A stretch of DNA of 64,000 nt, from the NCBI GenBank assembly GCA_003427395.1, contig BFEA01000030.1, positions 2,223,722 through 2,287,721 of the forward strand, read 5' to 3'. The notes below the pieces were generated by a model. That model did no database searches, was not told where the DNA came from, and was given only the letters and a program-made list of their open reading frames with translations. Made by a program: the position numbers and the translations under genes. Below, piece by piece: positions 50,201 through 63,947 of this stretch. Source of the stretch: Chara braunii. Lineage: Eukaryota; Plantae; Charophyceae. Position 1 is the stretch's first letter; every line of letters begins with the position of its first letter.

Positions 50201-51827
50201 AGACGACGGCGACTACAGGGAGGGATACGAGGGCAACAATGAGGATGAGGATGATCCCGGCTATTCCCCGACACGCCGACATGGTGACGACGACGACGAC
50301 GACGAGGGCGGCGACGGTACACAGCCTGCGGGTGGTTTGCGGAGGTCCGAGAGACAGCGTGGCGACCGATGCAGTAGTGCAGGCAGGGGAGGCAGTGGGC
50401 CGGGTGTTGGGGGTGCAGGGCACACAAGCGGTGCAGGGCGTGGTGGCGGAGGACAAGCGAGGCGCGAATCTGCATCGTCCACTCACACTGTGCACTGGGT
50501 TGATGAGGGGAAGCGCACCGTGTCAGCTGAGGTTGCTCCCTCCCCTACAGAGGTCGGTTCGTCCCCTGCAGAGTTCGCAGCGGCGTCTGCGGAGGGCGCA
50601 GGCGGGTTTGCAGATGTTGGTGGCGAGGGTGTACAGGTTGGGAGGCCATCTGCACAGTTGGGTGCCAGTTTCAGCGACGACATTTTTGATGTTTCGTTAA
50701 GGCTTCCCACGACACCGGCAGGGGAGCGTGTTACTGGCGATGCGGACGCAGCGGCTACGCCCGTCAGTCAGATACTTCGTGGTATACCTTCATGCAGCGA
50801 GGGTGACATCAGTAGTAGCATGTTGCAGGAGGCAGCAGAGGGGACACAGGGTTCGTCGGGGCAGCACGAGCATGCAACAGGGGATGATGGGGAGTGTCGA
50901 CCTTCGCAGGAGCGGGCGGCAGAGTTAGAGCAGGATAGGATCGACCGCGAGGAGAAGAGGAGGGCGAAGGACTTGGCTAGCCACTGCGAGATGACACAGA
51001 GTATTGCGTCGAGGGCACGTGCAGAGCGGATGCTCGAGACGGGCATTGCGGCAGGAGATGCACAGGTCGAGTGCGGCGGTGCGGGCGGAGGGGATGCAGG
51101 CGAGAGACCTGCGTCGCCAATTCAGGGTGTTTGCGTATTGCCTCTCGGTGGGGCCATGTCGGCGGGGGAGTTGGAGCGGCAGGCACGGGAGGACCCATTG
51201 CAGGCAGATCGCCGCGGGTGGATGGATGAGGCGTGGAGGAGGTTGATGGCAGAGGGCCCAACTTACGTGCCTTGCAGCCTGTCAGTGCCATCGTCCACCA
51301 CTGATGTCATCACACCCGCATATGTGGAGGGTCCAGGCGCGGCACGGAGCCCCACACCTGCACCTGCTGCCCCCCCGGCACCTGCTAGGGAGTCTTCGTC
51401 TCCTCAGTCACGGAAGAAGAAGATGAGAGCAGGGAAGAGTCTTAGTACCGTGAGGAGGGTGACGCAGACGATGCGGGCGAGTCAGCCCGGGTTGGCCGGT
51501 TTACATCCGCGGACTCTGGCGTCTTTGGGCGGGGACGTTGTCGCGGACGCAGTGGGATGGTAGGAGAGGGCCTCCACCCGCGCAACGGAGCAGCCCATGA
51601 GCGCACCTGCTGAGGCGACGGCGCTACGTACTGGAGGGCGTAGAGCGGGTATGGGCGACCACGCCGAGCAAAGTGCCCCCCCCGGGAGGAGCATGGGTGC
51701 ACTTATATTGCGGAAGGATGTGAGGGCAGTGCCTGCGCAGCGACCGTCACAGGCATCAGTCGTTTGGGAGTCTGGCACAGACGATTTGGAGATGCCTCAT
51801 GGTCAGCGGAGGAGGGTTTCCGTGTAA
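47273..51827 (+). pseudogene. hAT transposase (BED finger, DUF659-type DDE core, hATC dimerisation domain) with a long low-complexity C-terminal extension; disrupted
   Basis: CKLC..QHF..C; ILTDGRK; ICTDSAS; WLPCAVH; TRFAT; WWVQHG..LAIRL..ASATE; stops at 47717, 48956 and 51561; deletion/frameshift near 49570. Confidence 0.9.
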
Positions 51828-52817
51828 GACCTTCTTCGAGCACGGGGCGGGGTTGAGGCAGCCCCACAGGGGGAGATTCATGCTCCGGATATTGCGCACG
51901 CACCGGCAGGCGGCACACGTGGTGGGGATGGTGTCACAGGTGTGCTGCTGCAGAGGAGGAGGAAGGACATTGTGGACGACGATGATGCATAGTTCCACCA
52001 TTGGTCTTCTTTCATCCTCTATTTCGTACTAGTGTACAATATATTTAGTGCTTCGGATGAGGTCATGTGTTCGTAGGTGTCGTCTGTGCAGGTCGTTATG
52101 ACTACATTTGTATTCGTATAGGTGGTTAGACTATTGTATACTATTTCCATGCACGAGTGCAGTTTGTTTTTCTTTCTTGTTTTATTTCTCCATCGTGGCA
52201 GTGTATAGTGTATTTAGTGCTTCGGATGAGGCCGTCATGGTCATGTGTTCATAGGTGTAGTCTGTGCAGTCGTCATGACTGCATTTGTATTCGTATAGAT
52301 GGTTAGAGTATTGTACACTATTTCCATGCACGGGTGCAGTTTCTCTTTATTTCTCGTTTTATTTTCCCATCGATGTTTCAGAGGATTGCAATATTTTAGA
52401 GTTTTTCTTCATACACGGAGGCAGCAGGTGCAGTGCTCACAGTTTCCTTTTTTGTTTCTCCTTTTATTTTTGTATCGATGTTTCAGACGGTTCCACAGTT
52501 TCTTCGTACATTATTTGACTGAGTCCAGTGTGCATGTGTCTTTTATTATCGTGTGTGTACGGTGCAGCTGTTTCGCCGTGTTCTTTCGTTGGCCTGTAAT
52601 GTTATACTTTCAAAACTTGTGCAATGATTGTTACTCGGAGATTGTTACTTGAAAATTGTGTTTAATTGTTGTCGTTCGAACTCATGAACTTCATGCAGTC
52701 TTGTACTTGTTTCGTCGTTTGTTAAGTTCGCCTCTGTTGCATTTGTCAGCAACCCCGACAGAACCCTCCCCAACCCCAAAACATGACCTTGGCAACGCCT
52801 TCCCGAACACCCCCCCC

Positions 52818-53219
52818 NNNNNNNNNNNNNNNNNNNNNNNNNNNNNNNNNNNNNNNNNNNNNNNNNNNNNNNNNNNNNNNNNNNNNNNNNNNNNNNNNNN
52901 NNNNNNNNNNNNNNNNNNNNNNNNNNNNNNNNNNNNNNNNNNNNNNNNNNNNNNNNNNNNNNNNNNNNNNNNNNNNNNNNNNNNNNNNNNNNNNNNNNNN
53001 NNNNNNNNNNNNNNNNNNNNNNNNNNNNNNNNNNNNNNNNNNNNNNNNNNNNNNNNNNNNNNNNNNNNNNNNNNNNNNNNNNNNNNNNNNNNNNNNNNNN
53101 NNNNNNNNNNNNNNNNNNNNNNNNNNNNNNNNNNNNNNNNNNNNNNNNNNNNNNNNNNNNNNNNNNNNNNNNNNNNNNNNNNNNNNNNNNNNNNNNNNNN
53201 NNNNNNNNNNNNNNNNNNN
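52818..53219. other. Assembly gap (N)
   Basis: N run. Confidence 1.
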
Positions 53220-56040
53220 CCAAAAAAAAAAAATTGTTTTTTTTTTTTTTTTTTTCCCAAACAGACTCTCCCCGGCACCCGGCACCCACCCACCAGGAAA
53301 TCACTCCCAAACCCCCCCTCCGAGACCACGTACGGACGGCCGGAAGTTCGTACGTACGGCCCGTACGGGCAGCCGAGGTCCCATACGTACGGTCGTACGG
53401 GGGTGCGTACGGGCCGTATACGTATGGACGACCACACAGAACCCGACCAGCGACTCCGCGATTGCCCCTTTGGGCACTCTCGCTCTTCTAGCTGTCGTAC
53501 GCTTCTCGACCTCTCAAGCTTCTTTGAAAGCGGGGTGAGGCATACTTCCTTGCAGTCGCTTGCCGAGCCCTCTACTTCTCGTGCGCGAACACTGAATGCG
53601 GCTTCATCTTTGCCCTCCAAGTTCTTCGAAAGCGGCCTCGCAGCTGGTCTTTTACCGTACTCACTTCTCCAAGGCGAGTTGTGGCAGGCATCTTCGCGCT
53701 GGCCCACCGAAAGCTCTCTTATCTCCCACGTGCGCCGCTGTGCGCGGCCTCTCGATCGGCCCCCTTTGAACTCGAGTATCCGCGCCTTGCTTCGTAACCG
53801 CACTCTCCCTTCCCGATCATGATTTCTCGTGCGCAGCCCTGTGATCGCCCTCCGAACGCTGTCACGTGCCACCTCTCAAAAAACGTCCTCCCCTCTCGAG
53901 CGAGCATTCCCTTGCGCTGTCTCGTGATACGTCCCCGACCGCCCCCCCCTTTTTTGAAAGCGCTCCGTACACGACCTCGTCCCTCTCTCTCGTCCTCTCG
54001 TACGTCCCACGTTCGACTGGTATCGCTTGCCTGCCAAAAAGCCTACCTCCGTCTCTCGCACTCCCGAGCGCCCCCGTCCGTTTCCGAGCGCTTTGCGAGC
54101 GCAAGTGTACGCCTCGTGCGTACGTGCGTCTTCCTCGAGCGCGAGTACTCCTCCCTCTCCTCTCTGTCCTCCCTTCTTTTTTTGTCGCACGTCCCGCCTT
54201 CCTTTTATACTCTTCTCCTCTTTCCTTTCTCCCTCCTTCTCCCCCGTTCGTATGCAAGACCGACCAAAATTTTCACAATTTTTGTCTCTTCCCGCCTCCT
54301 TCTCTTGTTCCCGCTGACCCTCACTTCCATCCTCTCATCCGTCCTCTCTCTTCCTCCTCCAATGAGATCTTCCTCAGGCCCGCCCTTCGGATCAACCTTG
54401 GCCCACACTCACCTCTCAATCCCCCCTTCCTTCCAAGAAGTCATGCGCTTTTCTTTCTCTATCCGCTTCCCGTTCATACTAAAGTTCATCCCTCCCTCGC
54501 GCCTCGCCCGGCTTGCCTTCTAGCGTTTTCCCGCTGGAGATACTAACCACCCTCGGTAGTTTTCCCGGCCAGGTACACTGCAAGACTTAGTAACAGCCCG
54601 GCGTTTCGCCTTCCTTCCCGCACCCAGCAGCTGTCAAGGGGACTGCAGCCCGCGCTCCCCTTCGTTCGGTCATAGAGACGCGCTCGTTCGCCCCACCCCC
54701 TTTCACACGATCGCCGAGGCATTTCCCCTTATTTACCTGTCGGTCCCTCGCGATTTGTCCCTCCTCGCAGTCTGACAAGCCCTCCGATCAGCCAATCCAG
54801 AACCTTAGATTGTTCAAGCTACTCCTCAACAGGATTCGGCAGATAGGCGACCCTGCCTTCTTGCAGCTCCTATCTGGACGTCTCTTCACCTTCCCCCCCT
54901 TCGAGTGGCCGGATCGATGGACACCGACGGAAGAAACCAGTCCCTTCCTGTCGAAACCTCCCTGATCCACCCCGTTTTGTTTTTTTTTTCATCTGTGCTG
55001 TCCACACCTCCCTCCTTCCTCTCGCTCCGCTTTCCCGCCCGTTCTATCTTGGATCTTCGAAGGTCTCCTTCTCCCAATTATCTCTCACTGATCCTCCACC
55101 GTCCTCTTTTCTTCAATCACAGACTTCTCTGGGGATCACTTGCCTCCCTCCGCCGTCTCCACTTCCGTGATTACTGCCTGGGACCCATCTCACGCGCAGC
55201 ACACAGCTATCAAGAAGAGCGAGTACGCGCCCTTCTGCAACCGATCCTATGATGTTCTTTGTTCCGCCCTTTCGTCCCGGCCAGTCCCCTGCTCCCTTCG
55301 TCGCCGGGCCGGGTTGCTTCTCTGGCCCCGCCAAAGTCAACCCTCGACGGTTGAAGCTACCAACCCGTTTCAACTTGTTTTCCGTCCCTTGTTCTCTTTA
55401 GTCCCTGCGTTCGCTGTGCCCCGATGCCGTTCCGCCTTCTTCCCAGCGGCTTTTCTGTTTCGCCTCCCCCCCTTTTTCTCATTGGGGTCATTCCCTTGAT
55501 TTTCTCCGCACCACCGCCCGTTCCATCAGGCGAGACCGCAGTAGTTCAGGTGCCGCGTGCCGCGTGTTGCCCAGGGCCGGGTCCCTCACTGGCCCCCCCT
55601 ATCTTTGACTTCTCACAAGGTCCGCCTGGTTGTAAGCCACCGAGCCCCGGTTCCCGAGCTTGGGCCCAAAGCCAGCTGACTCTCCCTTGTTGTCTTGAAA
55701 CCTCGGATCTTCGGTTCGCTCTCGGCACCACTCATGACCTTGCTTCGACACCTTCACCCCTGCTCGTTTCGATCGTTAGTTTAAATCAAGAGAACCCCAG
55801 ATCCCCTCTTTCCCCGCAGGCCCCATGCACTCCATGCATCCAAACATGCAAAAAGAGAAGAAAATACGACAAAAGGATACGCCTGGGTGAAAAGTGACGG
55901 CTCGGCTGGTGGCCAGCCGCCCGACAACGGTAGCCGTTGGCGGGGGCGGAGCACGGGGGCCCGAGCAGGGGCGGGTTGGCGTCCGTAGTGGACCGTTGGC
56001 TGGGTTGCGGGAAGCAGAGGATGTGCCCGCTGCTCTACGC

Positions 56041-56078
56041 CTGTCTCTTATACACATCTAGATGTGTATAAGAGACAG
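56041..56078. other. Nextera mate-pair junction adapter flanked by an artefactual ~97-bp duplication
   Basis: Exact adapter; 55944-56040 is repeated at 56079-56175. Confidence 0.97.
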
Positions 56079-57467
56079 GGGCGGAGCACGGGGGCCCGAG
56101 CAGGGGCGGGTTGGCGTCCGTAGTGGACCGTTGGCTGGGTTGCGGGAAGCAGAGGATGTGCCCGCTGCTCTACGCTGCCACAGGAGAGTATGCACGCCGG
56201 AGCCAAAGATGCGCCCGCTGCTCTACGCTTCTACAGGAGAGTACGCACGCCGGAGGTGAAGATGCGCTCGCTGGTCACAACTCGCGCAGACTCGGAAGAT
56301 GGATACCGACGCCGAAGGGTTCGACAGCGCCGTTTTTTCTACGTCACACGCGTCGCCTGGCCGTCGTCCTCCACCCCGCCACCCTGCGTCCGCAAAAAAA
56401 TGAATTTGAATTTTTGAACTTCTGGCTAACCACGCTTTTCACCGACCCATCCTCACCCGCCGACGGCCCACCGCAGTGTGTACCACGGACACCAGCCAGG
56501 AATGGACGGACATTGGCGACACGGCTGCTTATATGCATATGAAAACCGACCGCTTCCCCCCTAAATTCTGCCCCGTTGTCTGTCAGAATTTCCTCGGTGT
56601 CTTAATGCATCCCGAGGAAACGGTTGACGTATCGCGCGATTTCAACCGCCTGTCGCGTTCAGCATGGATACCTCGCGATCCATTTTGAAAAATGNTCCAC
56701 AAATAGAATTGAATACTCGCAGCTATTCGGTCCAGAGGGCACCATGATATCGGTCGTGTCCATACTAACTCTCTAAAAAGGCCGTTCGACTACTGTGGGC
56801 ACTACCGACCTTGGAGGCTGGATCAGCGCCTTGTCGACGGGACAAACCTGACAGTTTCGGACGATGAATTTGACATCGTCGCGAATATTGGACCAGTACC
56901 ACTCGTTTTTTGTCGATCGCCGTTTCGGTGATCCGGACAAGATGATTTTTAGGATTGCGTGTAATCCTCAAAATCCTTTAGGACTCGTCCTAAAAATTTT
57001 ACGATTCTTTTAGGAGTGCCTAACGAGACCCTAGGTAGTGGAAGGTAAAGAAACAGAAGTTGAGAGAAGAATATAGAAAAAAAAAGAAAAAAAAAAATAA
57101 AAAAAAAATTGAGTAGCGTGCTAGGTTGATGTGGGCGAGAGCCGAAAGTGGTGTTTAAAAAGGCGAATGAGGGTTGTGAGACTTTTCTTTTGAATTGGGC
57201 CATCCTCTTGGTGATCATGCGAATTAGGATGGAGAGAATGTTCTTCTTGAATTGGATGGGTTGAGATAGGGTAACAAGAGACTGTGTGACTCCTTTTCTT
57301 TGCGGCCTTTGGAAAATGGAATCCATATTTCGAGTTGATGAACACGGAGCGGTGTCATAGAAGAGAACGGGTGAGGGAGATTAATCACGTAGGTTGTTCG
57401 AACTGTGATTGGGATTATCGTGTGAATTAAAGTACAAAGTGGGATAATTGGTTAAAATCGCAGGTAT

Positions 57468-58787
57468 TTGGAGCAATTGGAGTGTGTGACTACAAATATA
57501 CACGAAAGAAGAATGGACCAGCAGCGTGAACAATTGTGTAATATGGTGCGTGAATGTTTTATAACTGGAAAAGAAAACCCAAATGTCGCGGAGCAATATA
57601 TTGCGGCTACTAGGGATGCGTCGAATGACATGGTGGTCGTAGACATAGACCCTAGGGCGGCGGAGGTCACGATGGAGTACTTGCGTAGGCATGGAGTGTT
57701 GGTGATTTTTCGAGGACTTGATTCTGGAGCGCCATTTGCCAAAAAAGAGGAGTGGATGAGGGCCATTGAATCCGGTTGGGATTTGACCATGAAGCAAGGA
57801 CAGAAAGGACGAGTTCGTCCTGAAGGAGCCAATATGGTGACCTACCTTGCGGTCAACCATGTCTTGCGAGACTGGTTGATTAACACCTTGCAGAAAGAAG
57901 AGAAAGCAGTGGTGGGTGGGAAGTCGTGTAAAGTACTTTACAAACAGTGGGCAACTCCGGCGGAACAGGCCAAAGCAAGGGAAGATCTGCAGACCCAGAG
58001 ATTTTGGATCAGGGTTTTGAGGGTCCCTTTCTTGGCCATGCCCTTTTTGGAAGCAGCGATAAAAAGAGAGTACGGACAGGTTCAAAAAGCCTACCCCCCG
58101 GAACGGAATCAGGCAGCACCCCGATTGGTTAATCGCAGATTTGACCTCCATCCCCGGGCAAAGTCGAAGATAACCAAATACCTCAATTTTCGTTCCCCGC
58201 AGGGATGGCATAATGTGGAAGTGGTCACACAGGATTCCCCATGGTGTCATGATTGTCGCTGGTATGGACACAGGACTAGGGAATCTGCCTGCCCAAAAAA
58301 AGGAATTGGGATAGTGTCTGTCGGACCATCAGCCACAGTTGGAAAATCTTCGGGACCGACAGTCGCGACAGGGGCCCCGTCATCATCAGGCCAGCCCTCT
58401 ACCCGCTCCTTTAATCCTGCTTTGTCCACTCCAATGACAGAATCGGTGGCTCTGACTGCTCTAATGACAGAATCGATGGTTCTGACTGTTCCAATGACAG
58501 AATCGGCGACTCCAGCCCCAATGAATCTTGTGTCAGCCTCAGTCAGTTTAGCGTCGGGCTCTTCGGGATCTGGCCCTATGAAGGGCTTGGTGTCGGCAAA
58601 GCCCGCCTCCGCCACAATCGTTGCAACAACAGTAGCAACGACTGTGGCGGCACAGGGAACCCTACTGATGGAACCCTTGGTGGCAGTCACACAACAACAG
58701 GCTACACCGGGGCCAGAAGTGCGAATGATGGCACCGAAAGAACCAACGAAAACTCTCAGGGTCGCACCGACATCCTTTGTTTCCTGA
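57468..58787 (+). CDS. LINE ORF1 (RRM-like region, zinc knuckle CHDCRWYGH..C, S/T/P-rich tail with 30-bp PMTES repeats)
   Basis: FWIRVLRVPF and CX2CX4H motifs typical of plant L1 ORF1; lies upstream of ORF2; true start uncertain. Confidence 0.8.
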   Translation: MEQLECVTTNIHERRMDQQREQLCNMVRECFITGKENPNVAEQYIAATRDASNDMVVVDIDPRAAEVTMEYLRRHGVLVIFRGLDSGAPFAKKEEWMRAIESGWDLTMKQGQKGRVRPEGANMVTYLAVNHVLRDWLINTLQKEEKAVVGGKSCKVLYKQWATPAEQAKAREDLQTQRFWIRVLRVPFLAMPFLEAAIKREYGQVQKAYPPERNQAAPRLVNRRFDLHPRAKSKITKYLNFRSPQGWHNVEVVTQDSPWCHDCRWYGHRTRESACPKKGIGIVSVGPSATVGKSSGPTVATGAPSSSGQPSTRSFNPALSTPMTESVALTALMTESMVLTVPMTESATPAPMNLVSASVSLASGSSGSGPMKGLVSAKPASATIVATTVATTVAAQGTLLMEPLVAVTQQQATPGPEVRMMAPKEPTKTLRVAPTSFVS

Positions 58788-59026
58788 TCATTGATGCGAT
58801 TGTCAATCCTGCGGCAAAAGGAGCTGCTCCACTGACTGGTTTGAGATGGATCTCGCTGCAGTTGTTCAAGAATCCGGGCGGACAGACTGCAATTGATATT
58901 AGAGTATATGACTGTTGGAATGCGGCGCTGCTCACCCAAGTAGATTCACATATCCCATGGCACAAAAGCATTTTTTCGAATCAATTCCTTATACTGAAAT
59001 GTGCAGATTGGCCTGATCAGTAAACC

Positions 59027-62000
59027 ATGGACAAGATCAGACTAGTATCATGGAATGTTAGAGGATTAGGATCGAGACGAGTAGCAATAAAACGGTCTCT
59101 GATTAAGTCTTTGGCGAGAAACAAAGGAATACAGATTGTGCCGCTGCAAGAAACTAAGTTAAATGATACGGCGATTGCTGAGCAAATGGGTTGGTGGTTG
59201 GGGGAACAATTTTGGGCCCCAGCGCAAGGGACCAGCGGTGGAGTCGCGATATTAATTGCTAGGACAGCGACATTCGAAGTAACAGATCATTGTGTTGACC
59301 CGTTTGGGCGTTGGGTGTGGGTTAGAATAACAGTGGGACAGGAACAGTGGACAATTTTCAACATTTATGCCCCAATTTCGCAATCAGAGAGAGTGGAATT
59401 GTTCACATCGTTGTCATGGATGATACCTGCAGTGGACAACCTCATTCTTGGTGGTGACTGGAATACAACCCTTGTTCCTGGGATTGACTCCATGCGGCAG
59501 GGACCCGATGGAAATGATGCCACCCAATTGACGAACTTCATGTATTCCAATGAATTTTCTGATCTGTTTCGGACGCTGCATCCTTTTGAGAAAGGTTTCA
59601 CCTTCTTTTCGGTTGGTGCCCCACACAAACACTACCTACCTCGGAGCCGTATCGACTTGTTTTTTGCATCAGACACTTTGATGCCTAGAGTCTCGAGATG
59701 CTTCGTTGTACCATATATAGGATCAGACCACCAGCCTCTATTTTTAGAATTTTTTCTTCACATCACCGTCAGAGTGGGTAGGGATAGGATTACTTTGCCG
59801 GAATGGGTAGTGCAGACACAAGTTTTCTCACAATTCATGTATGAGTTTTGGCCCAAATGGAAGTCTGCTAAAGTCTTATTTCCTTCTTTGGGAGACTGGT
59901 TTCAAGGCGGGCAGCAAATAGTGTTGCAGAGAGGCCTGCTAATCAAGAAGTCAATTTTTTTGGCCAATCGGACAGAGTTGCAGATAATAAATGAAGAATT
60001 GGCACGAGTTATGTGTCAGGCATCGGTGGCGACACAGCCACAAGAGGAGCTTGCATTGATGATCCGGATGGACGAGCTTAAGCAGCGATGGACAATACGG
60101 ATTCAGCCTACAATGAGGAACGCCATTCATAATAGGAAGATTGGCTAGTTGGTGAAAGGTGATAGAATGACGTCCTCCTTTTTTGCTGCTCACCGCCCAC
60201 CTCTCCAAAAGCAGATGATATCAGCCATTAGGAACCCGTTTGATGCCTCGGCACCGATGGCAGTTGAGACACAAACGATTATTACTAACGTATCCTTATT
60301 TTATGAGAACCTGTTGACTTTGCAAGCACAATTCACTGAGGAGCAATTGCTCCAGCAGTATCATGAACATGTTTGGTCTAAAGTGGACAAGAAACTGTCC
60401 GACTATCAAAGGCAATTGCTGAAGGCTGAAATTGTTATGCAAGAGGTTGTGGATGCGACTTCATCCTTGTCGCAGCACAAAGCACCAAGATTGGATGACC
60501 TTCCTGCTCAATTCTTTAGGGGCTTTTCACTGCATCTACTGCCGGAGCTGCTTTCAATCTGTCAATCTGTTTGGAATGGAGCATCATTGCCGGCATTGGC
60601 ATTGCAAGGAATTATTACCTTTGCGTATAAGAAAGGTGACCGATCTGATATAGCAAATTATAGACCAATAACACTCATGCTGGTTCTTTATAAAATACTG
60701 TCCAAAATAATGGAGGCTAGACTACAGAAGGTTCTACCTTCCTTGATTCATCAAACTCAAGGTCGACAGATTTTACACAACGTAATGATTGTTGAACAGC
60801 TAGCTGAACTCATAGCTCAGGGAGAGGACAGTCTAGCCATTGTGTTGTTGGATTTGGCAAAGGCCTATGACAGAGTAGGCTGGGAATTTTTGCAGGCAGC
60901 CCTTACCGCTTTTGGATTTGGGCCGAAATTTAAACATGCAGTAGACTGTCTTTTGCATAATGCCACTTCGCGAGTCTGTATCAATAGGGCATTATCAGCC
61001 CCAATCCGATTAAGTCGGTCGGTTAGACAGGGTTGTCCTGTGGCACCGTACTTGTATCTGATATACATGGAAATAATGCATATTTGAATCAGATCCAATC
61101 CGGAAATTCCAGGTTTTACTCTGCCCTCTGGAGAAAGACTGAAGTCTGAAGCGTTAGCTGATGACTCCGTGGCCTTTACCCCTGTCAACGATCAAGCCTT
61201 CTTTGCACTCAAAGAAACCGTGGACTTGTTTTGTCAGTTGTCACAAGCTAAGGTCAATTGGTCTAAATCCTCAGTCCTGATACCCCCGGGTGAACAGCCC
61301 CCACACAATTCGGGACTCAGGATAGTGGTCCCGGGCGGACAGGAAAGACTCCTGGGACACAGAATTTCTTTCGATCCACTGTTGGCACAAGATTCCTCAG
61401 CCTCAATAGCAGGTCTGCGTTCGGCGCTGTCTCCTTGGGTCAAGTACAAAGGTGTCAGCCTGTTTGGTCGAGCAGCAGTTATTAACAATGCAGTGTTATC
61501 TACCTTGTGGTACCGTCGGGCTATTCATCAAGTAGATAGAGCATCTTTGCAGATGATACGCCAGTTGTTAACTCATTATCTGTGGAAAGAAGATATCGAT
61601 GATGAGAAATTTCTGCCTAAAGTGGCATGGGAAACGATAACTCAACCAAAACGGAATGGAGGATTAGCAATACTGGATCCTGAGCGACAGATAGCTGCAC
61701 TTCTGGTCAGATGGGTTCCATGGGCAATCTTACAAAGCCCGCGCACAGCTTGGAGACAATTGGCGGAATTTTATATTCACACCTGGTTAGAATGGTCCGA
61801 TATCCGCTGTATTTGGTTGGCTGTACTTAATCCGGATTATCAGAGGAAGAGACTGCCTCCGGGGATATGGGCAGGAATTTTGAAAGCCTGGAGAGGCGTC
61901 TGTCCGAAATTGCAAACCCCTCCGTTGATTTTTGAAAGACTGATGACTCAACCGTTGTTCAACAATCCGTGCTTGCTCAATCCGGAAGGGAGACCATTTC

Positions 62001-63264
62001 GTTGTTTTGGGCCAAGAGAGTTTGGTAATGCATGGATGTCAAGAGGAGTTGGTACTGTGGCAGAAATTTGGGACGTCACACATTCGGATTGGATCTGGCC
62101 CACAGATTGCAAGGACTTTGGCATAGGGAAGTGCATATTCAACAGTTGAAAAACGCTTTTCCGCAACAATGGCTGGATGTGTTGAGAATGGGACTGCTGC
62201 CAGTGAAAGGGCTGTGGTATAAGGATGCACAGCAAGAGACTCCGGATTATATTTGGAAGATAGAAGACTACTCAGAGGTGGTGGAGACACCGNCAACCTG
62301 TTGGAGGGTGCGAGGAGGAGCTGATTCATTAGGGGAGCCCTTGCAGCTTTCTGAACATTAGCTCCCTCTCCCCCCACCTGAGCAACTACAGCCTGTCTGT
62401 GTGTTAGAGAATAAACAAAGCTACAGACCCTATTCTCTGAAAGCATCGCTCTACAGTCTGACAGTGGACCCCAGGGATTGGGGGTGGGAGCACCCGCTGC
62501 ACAGGTCTGAACAGGTGGGAATAGCTGATTACACAACGAAAGTGGGATATTTGCTAATGACGCCATATACAGACGTCAACTGGTTGGTGGTCAGACGATG
62601 GATGGCAACAGGATGGGTGAGAGACACTTTAACAAGGCTAGTGACTGCCCTCCCGACATTCTGGAAACAACTGATGGAGCTGGTGGTAAGCAAGCATGCG
62701 AGCTTGCTTTGGCTACTGATGCATATGGCACTGCCCATCGACTCTTGGTGTGCCCGGAGAACAGCAAAGGCTTTACCGGAATGTGGTCTGTGTCTGGGAA
62801 CGCGAATTGAGGACATTCATCATTTTGTATTGCAATGTGAACTTTCCAGACCCTTTTGGGACTGGTGGAGGCAATCTGGAGTTCCGATACCGGGTGCGGA
62901 CTCAAGGTGGGAGGATGAATTCATCCTCTTGGGCGTAGCGGCCAGGAGAAGGAGGACACAGATTCAGTTTTCGCATGCAGAAGAGACTATCAGAGGTGCC
63001 ATTTTATGGACCCTCTGGAGCCTCCGCAATGCCAGACTGAGGAAGAACGAGCAGTTGACACCGCCAATGGTTAGAGCAGAAGTCAAATATTCAATCAAGC
63101 AAGCCATATCAGCAGACTGGGAATACCGAGTGCAGAAAAAAGGATACTCTGCTAAGGCTGTTAAATGGTTTGGGAACAGATGGGGAAAGTTTTCGGGACT
63201 GGTTGCAATAGAGGCAGCTCAGGAAGGCTCACTCTTCTTGCGGTTCTCAAATTTCTTCATATAA
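59027..63264 (+). pseudogene. LINE ORF2 (AP endonuclease, RT, zf-RVT), disrupted
   Basis: SWNVRGL, LQET, GGDWN, RIDLF, SDH; YRPITL, DLAKAYDRV, VRQGCP, LADD; CGLC..EDIHHFVLQC; stops at 60146, 61085 and 62359; frameshift near 62100. Confidence 0.95.
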
Positions 63265-63497
63265 CTTTAGTGGTGATTGGGTTCAAGGTTTGGTTGATGA
63301 TGTAGATTAGGAAGTTCGATTGTATGATATTTTGAATAGGACAAATTCTGCTTCAATAGATTGGACTTGTTTGNGTGCTCTAAGGATAGCAGGTTAACTG
63401 TGGCCGGGATGGGTTTGGCCGGGAGTGCCTTACTCAGCCCGTACGGCCGCAGCGTACATGTAAGGGACACCGGACCCGTTTTCCGGTAATAAAAAAA

Positions 63498-63532
<35 letters not shown>

Positions 63533-63946
63533 AAAGCTGCCGGGGCCGACTTTGCGACTTTCCAAGGAGTAGAGGCCAAAAAAAAAAAAAAAACTGTATG
63601 CGGGAATGGATGAATGGATTGCTGCGGATGTGTCTATCCGTGTTGGATGGGAGTATTCACTTTTGTGGATATTGTTTCGAGAGCAGGAATGCGCCGCCGG
63701 GCCAGCAGCACTACTCCCGATTTCCTACCCAAAGGGAAGGAAAAAAAAAACGACCAACAAACAAACAAAAAAGCCTCACACGCCGCCAAGTGCCTGGGCG
63801 GTACACATGCGCTGCTATGAAGGAGATGCCCCTCTAGCCGTGGCTCTCGCTTTCGTGTACGCACTGTACGGACCGCTTTCCATGTATGGGTCCTCGCCAT
63901 TGCCAGCATGGTCGTGTTGTTGTTCGCGTCAGTGCCTGTTCCGCTG

Positions 63947-63947
<1 letters not shown>

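Larger units (their letters stand above)
45394..53439 (+). mobile_element. hAT DNA transposon
   Basis: 8-bp TSD AACCCGAC (45386-93, 53440-47); TIR CTGTGT(C/G)GTCG, 15/19 match; dense subterminal CGTACG motifs; transposase inside. Confidence 0.93.
36234..55926 (-). repeat. 5' LTR in three pieces: 36234-37077, 44801-45393, 53448-55926
   Basis: TGTCA..CGACA termini; the pieces rejoin colinearly against the 3' LTR once the two insertions and TSDs are removed. Confidence 0.9.
57110..63535 (+). mobile_element. Full-length degenerate L1-clade LINE (5' end approximate)
   Basis: ORF1 plus ORF2 (APE-RT-zf) and an (TAAA)n tail at 63487-63535. Confidence 0.9.
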
